The notes under the pieces: model-generated
What the model saw: the letters and a program-made list of their open reading frames with translations, nothing else
Databases searched by the model: none
Told to the model about the DNA's origin: nothing
DNA from: Azolla caroliniana
Taxonomy: Eukaryota; Plantae; Polypodiophyta
Length of the DNA stretch: 64,000 bases
Assembly (NCBI GenBank): GCA_043228905.1
Contig: JBHGNT010000017.1
Coordinates: 17,236,001 to 17,300,000, forward strand
Direction of reading: 5' to 3'
Translations under genes and position numbers: made by a program
Part shown: in pieces, positions 63,786 to 64,000 of the stretch
How positions within the stretch are numbered: position 1 is the stretch's first letter
How the letters are laid out: every line of letters begins with the position of its first letter

Positions 63786-63897
63786 TGCTCTCTGTTCTGC
63801 TCTGCTCTGTTCTGCTCTGCTCTGCTCTGTTCTGTTCTGTTCTGTTCTGTTCTGCTCTGTTCTGTTCTGTTCTGTTCTGCTCTGTTCTGTTCTGTTC
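63786..63897. repeat. (CTGTT/CTGCT)n pentanucleotide microsatellite upstream of the LRR ATG
   Basis: About 22 units directly visible. Confidence 0.95.
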
Positions 63898-64000
63898 TCT
63901 CAACTTGCATAGTATGAAACATACGTGCATTCGCATTCGCAAAATTCGTGTTCGCCTAGCATAACATTCGGTCTCCTGCATTGGGAAACGAATGCGAATG

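Overview
Plant nuclear DNA, probably from a seed-free plant such as a fern (inferred from the retrotransposon lineages, not established). The left ~37.5 kb is a nest of retroelements. It holds one intact young Ty1/Copia (15268-20637; 626-bp LTRs with 2 differences, TG...TA ends), several decayed Copia and Ty3/Gypsy copies, solo LTRs with clean TSDs, a non-coding LTR element, and a LINE remnant. The right ~26 kb is gene space: a GPI-anchored AGP-like Pro/Ser-rich gene, tRNA-Gly(CCC), a divergent PetM-like gene, a group-G bZIP (GBF), tRNA-Val(AAC) and a secreted LRR1/SERK-ectodomain-like gene. The most interesting signal is a group of TGTCA...TGACA Gypsy LTRs with three linked features: (i) an outward-facing tRNA-like A/B-box module at the U3 tip, (ii) Tf1-type 11-nt self-priming geometry in two independent elements, and (iii) a 509-bp foldback LTR with 201-bp inverted arms and a 5-bp TSD. 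Coordinates and counts were read by eye and may be off by a few bases.
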